From assembly GCF_006345805.1 (NCBI RefSeq), contig NW_021826701.1, positions 1-12,142 on the forward strand: DNA of 12,142 nt. The letters are read 5' to 3'. This DNA is from Octopus sinensis. Lineage: Eukaryota. The notes beneath the pieces were generated by a model. The model was not told the DNA's origin. It saw nothing but the letters and a program-made list of their open reading frames with translations, and did not search any database. The position numbers were made by a program, and so were the translations under genes. Positions 8,892-12,142 of the stretch are shown one piece after another (positions within the stretch are counted from its first letter, which is position 1; the number at the start of each line of letters is the position of its first letter).

Positions 8892-9983
8892 TATTGCCTC
8901 ATCCCAGAAATAATGCAGCTTCTTTTATACTTCTTTCATTTTTCAAAATTTAGATAAACAAAGTTCTTTTTTAATCTAAAATATACTTTGCTTCATTTTC
9001 TACAATAATATTCCCTCTATCTGATGGACTTACAAGGCCCCTCTTCCAAAATTCACTTTGTCCGTGCTGAAAAATACTCCTCCAGTCCTGTTCTGACCTC
9101 CTCTACAGAATTCATATTTTTTCTGTCCAAATGATTCTGATTACTGTGGAATAAATGATTATCAGATGGGGCAATGTCCGGCAAATATGGTGGGTGGGGC
9201 ATCGTTTCCCATTCAAACTGCTCCAGCCTTTGGAATGTTGTCCTCGCTGTATGTGGCCAAGCATTATCCTGATGGAAGAATACCTTTTGTCTTGAAACCA
9301 AAGATGGTCATTTTTCTTCTATCACTCAAGCTACTCGCAGTAGATCTCCTTTGTTATCATTTGGTTTGAGTTAAAAAGTTCAAAGTGAACTAAACCTTTC
9401 ATATCCCACCAAACAGATAACAACATCTTATGTGGGTGAAGACCTTCTGTAGCCTGGGGTGCTGGTGCTTCCCCTTTTCCTACCTACTGTCTTCGGCACT
9501 TGATATCCAAAAAGAGAATCCACTTCACGTCACCAGTCACTGTTTGGTCCAAAAAAGGTTCATTTGTGAGACGTGACAGCAAAGAAGAGCACACATTCAC
9601 TTTCTGTGTGCGATTAGACTGAGAAAGTTTGTGAGGAACCCACTGATCCAATTTGCTGACTTTTCCAATGGCATGCAAGTGTCGAATAATGGTTGAATGG
9701 CCAAATCAAAGCTTTTCTGCTAGTTACTCAACAGTTATGATGGGATTTTGTTCCACCAAAGTTTGCAGGACGTCCTCGTTGTGTTCTACAGATCTTCCAG
9801 GACGAGGCTCGTCTTCTAGGCTGTGGTTCCCGGCTCAGAATATCTTACACTTTTTGTCCGACCCCCATATACTGCATTAATATTCCAACATTGCGTTGTT
9901 GCCTTTATTGAACTCATAAAGCAAAATATACTGAATATGCCACCTTGTCACTTAATATAGTTTTGAAAAAACCTCCCCCAATA
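8892..9983 (-). mobile_element. Near full-length, inactive mariner (Tc1/mariner DD34D) transposon
   Basis: Reads HIQYILLYEFNKGNN...SLEDEPRPGRS...WVPHKL...VTGDVKW...KMLLSVWWD...FHQDNAWPH...PHPPYLPDIAPSDNHLF...EAKYILD* (stop at 8971-8973). There are exactly 34 residues between the second and third catalytic D. It has multiple internal stops (TGA, TAA, TAG) and deletions. TIR-like TATTGCCTCATCCCAGAAATAATGC at 8892-8916, and a degenerate partner TATTGGGGGAGGTTTTTTC starting at 9983. Confidence 0.93.
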
Positions 9984-10004
9984 CTATTCCCACTTCCTAA
10001 TTGG

Positions 10005-10242
10005 AGGTCTTTGTCTTGCAAGTTACTTGGTGACCTCCACTGGTGCTGGTGCCATGTGAAAAGCACCCAGTACACTCTCTAAAGTGGTTGCTAGTAGGAA
10101 GGACATCTAATCCTAGAAAGGATGCCAAAGCAGACAATAGAGCCTGGTGCAGTTCTTTGGCTTGCCAGCTCCTGTCAAAATGTCCAACCTATACCAGTAT
10201 GGAAAAGGGATGTTTTTTGTTGATGATGACGATGATGATGAA
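10005..10242 (+). mobile_element. SINE/LINE-tail repeat ending in (GAT)n
   Basis: gcaagttacttggtgacctc...aaaagcacccagtacactc...ggaaggacatc...catggaaaa-like segment, then a GAT tail. Partly homologous to 7140-7350 on the opposite strand. Confidence 0.6.
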
Positions 10243-10538
10243 ATTAAGTACCAGTAATATACTAAGATCAAAGCAAAGTTAGTTGTTTTGGACTCAAACC
10301 AATTCTTAATTATACTTCTAACATAGGCACAGGCCCTCAAATTTAAGGGGAAAATGTCAAGTGAATTACATTGACCCCAGTTTTTGGTTAATTGAACTCT
10401 GCAAAGCAACAGAAGACATTTTGTCTGTTGCTCCCTAAATTCTTCCAGTCCCCTGCACGTTTCTTCATGCAGAATATTGCTATCCCCAGCCACCCGTCCA
10501 AAAAACAGAAATTAAAAAACAAAATCAAAACAACTCAC

Positions 10539-10619
10539 CAGTCAAATCGGGAGAATCCAGTTTCCAGTTGAGAGAACGTTCCACGGCCAGTTTCCACCAC
10601 TGGAACCTTTTGTCACGTT
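10539..10619 (-). CDS. GK: Glycerol kinase, next coding exon, 81 nt, phase 1/phase 1 (not in the ORF track)
   Basis: Translates as (E)RDKRFQWWKLAVERSLNWKLDSPDLT(G/D), matching the GK C-terminal helix (R..R...WK.AV.RS..W). Acceptor ctcttcctcttctgcttcAG at 10621-10620 and donor G|GTGAGT at 10538. Splices in frame to the 144-nt exon. Confidence 0.92.
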
Positions 10620-10637
10620 CTGAAGCAGAAGAGGAAG

Positions 10638-10663
10638 AGTAGTAGTAGTAGTAGTAGTAGTAG
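10638..10663 (+). repeat. (AGT)8 microsatellite abutting the GK polypyrimidine tract
   Basis: Read directly. It is (CTA)n on the transcribed strand, ending 17 nt upstream of the acceptor AG at 10621-10620. Confidence 0.95.
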
Positions 10664-10814
10664 ACCGTTGCTGTTGTTTAAGCAAATGTACATTGTGTGC
10701 GTGTGTGTGTGCGTGCGTGTGTGTAGCTGCTTCTCACTTTTAAAATAAAACTTTGCACTAATCTAGCAATGTGAATTCTTCTTCAAACTGACAAATTATC
10801 ATTTAGGTGGTGGT

Positions 10815-11075
10815 GGTCGTGGTGTTTAATTCAGGTCATCAGCTCTGATGAAGCAGATCAATGGCCAAAGGTAATTCTGGTTATGAAAAGCTTTCAGTTG
10901 TAAATGTCCAGCAAAAATTATAATGACCATCTCCCCTTTTATTTGTAGGTCCTTTGAGGACAAGTCTATCTAAGACTACATTGTTCAACATACCTTTTGT
11001 TTTTCATGATAGAAAGATATGATTGGAGGCAATTTGGCTGCTGTTTCTAGTGGAGTAGAGGCTCTCTTATAAGCA
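10815..11075 (+). repeat. Dispersed repeat family, copy 2
   Basis: cagctctgatgaagcagatcaatggccaaagg...atttggctgctgtttctag, colinear with 2965-3200 and 11600-11760. Confidence 0.55.
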
Positions 11076-11404
11076 GTTGCTGCAGATTAATTAAATCTAA
11101 TCTTGAGAGATTCTGGAAATTATCTCAATTCTTCTTTGAACAACAAAACAAGATGAGGACAAAAGTCCGTCAATTGTAAATAATGACTTCTTTGAAAGTT
11201 TTGAACAATTACCGCTAGGTTTTTGTTTTCTTTCTCCAGTTAGGAGGAAAATTTCAATTGAGAAATGTTTACATTCTGATTTTCAATAACATAATTTATG
11301 TTAATTTAAGCCCTTAACTAATTTATGTTAATTTATGCCATTAGCCTATTTCAGTTATTTCAAGCATTCTTCACAATATTCCACAATTTGCAATAATTTA
11401 AAAC

Positions 11405-11500
11405 AACATTTCCCTGTGTATCGTTACCTTAGGCAAGTGTTTCATACTATAATAACTCCAGGCCAAATAATGCCTTGAGAGTGAAACCGTTAGTAACTTC
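11405..11500 (+). mobile_element. tRNA-related SINE fragment followed by (CT)n(CA)n
   Basis: accttaGGCAAGTgtttcatactat...ggccaaataatgccttgagagtg matches the other SINE copies. Confidence 0.5.
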
Positions 11501-11599
11501 ACTCTCTCTCTCTCTCACACACACTATATGTATGATGGTTGTTGTTGTTGGTGGGATTATGCAGGGTGAATTACATTAGCTGGGTTTTTCTTGTTTTTT

Positions 11600-11760
11600 A
11601 GTCATGGTTCAGCTCTGCTTGAGCCGACCTATGATCAAAGGCATTCCAGAAGTGATCAACCTGCCTTATCGAATGTGTCATTTCCTTACTTGAGATGAGC
11701 AACAGAGTGACATTTGGCTACTATCTCTAGCAGGTTCAGCAGCCGCAAATGGCTCCCTTT
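11600..11760 (+). repeat. Dispersed repeat family, copy 3
   Basis: cagctctgcttgagccgaCCTATGATCAAAGgcattccag...atttggctactatctctagcagg. Confidence 0.6.
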
Positions 11761-11975
11761 CTAACGAGGAGAGAGAGAGATGCTGAGAGTGATGACAGCA
11801 AGACATAACATTACAGAGTTTCGTCTTGACAGTTTAATGTTGTTGTTGTTGTGACATGTTTTACAATATCAAGAAGAAAATATTGAAAAATCTACAAATT
11901 GAAGCAGAAAAAAGAGAAAAGAATTTGAAGATATTTGGATAAATGCGTGAGAGGAGAACGGAAAGGTTGAGTTAC

Positions 11976-12119
11976 CGGTTGCTGATATGGTTGGTAGGAA
12001 AGTATCGGTTATGGTTTTGGGATATTTGGTTGGATCCATGTTCCAAAGATTGATTTCTTCCGCACATCCTGCAGCCATTGCAGCTCCTAAAGCTGTTGTT
12101 TCAGGCATGGAGGGTCTCA
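11976..12119 (-). CDS. GK: Glycerol kinase, internal coding exon (C-terminal FGGY domain), 144 nt, phase 1/phase 1
   Basis: Translates as (V)RPSMPETTALGAAMAAGCAEEINLWNMDPTKYPKTITDTFLPTISAT(E). PSMPETTALGAAMAAG is the FGGY-family signature region as seen in animal glycerol kinase. Acceptor ttaaacAG at 12121-12120 and donor G|GTAACT at 11975. The tail of the track ORF 11869..12120 beyond 11975 is intron read-through. Confidence 0.95.
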
Positions 12120-12142
12120 CTGTTTAAATTAAGCGGTAATTA

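Noticed and set aside
9166-9880. Plus-strand ORFs 9166..9369 and 9653..9880
   Set aside because: These are antisense shadows of the mariner transposase.
10113-10493. 126-aa minus-strand ORF just downstream of the 81-nt exon
   Set aside because: No recognisable domain, it runs through SINE and (GAT)n sequence, and its acceptor is weak.
11292-11335. 17-bp direct repeat TAATTTATGTTAATTTA with homeobox-like TAAT cores
   Set aside because: A low-complexity AT-rich duplication, and such motifs are expected by chance here.
11869-11975. C-terminal extension of the track ORF (GNSTFPFSS...FSIFSS)
   Set aside because: It lies beyond the GT donor at 11975 and has no GK similarity, so it is intron read-through.
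1-12142. Prokaryotic systems (CRISPR arrays, operons, defence loci), rRNA or tRNA genes
   Set aside because: There are no spaced repeat arrays, no gene-dense organisation and no cloverleaf. The B-box-like motifs belong to SINEs.

Overview
AT-rich, repeat-dense eukaryotic genomic DNA. The repeat families and the very long TA/CA arrays suggest a coleoid cephalopod such as Octopus, but this is inferred from memory and no database was searched. The only host gene I can support is the 3' end of a glycerol kinase gene on the minus strand. It has two clear phase-1/phase-1 coding exons (11976-12119, 144 nt; 10539-10619, 81 nt), a candidate short terminal exon (4605-4624, GNEGSS*) and a speculative 15-nt micro-exon (5350-5364). 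The rest is transposon debris and simple repeats: a 5'-truncated RTE-type LINE carrying a PHD-like finger (1-872), a ~1.1 kb TA/CA array (1115-2230), a dead DD34D mariner (8892-9983), a second mariner relic, several tRNA-type SINE copies in both orientations, a dispersed repeat family, and very old CR1/Jockey-like LINE fragments. Most ORFs in the supplied track are microsatellite or repeat artefacts. I found no convincing new multi-gene system. The best leads concern alternative C-termini and splicing of the kinase, inverted SINE pairs in its introns, and an isolated RFX X-box.
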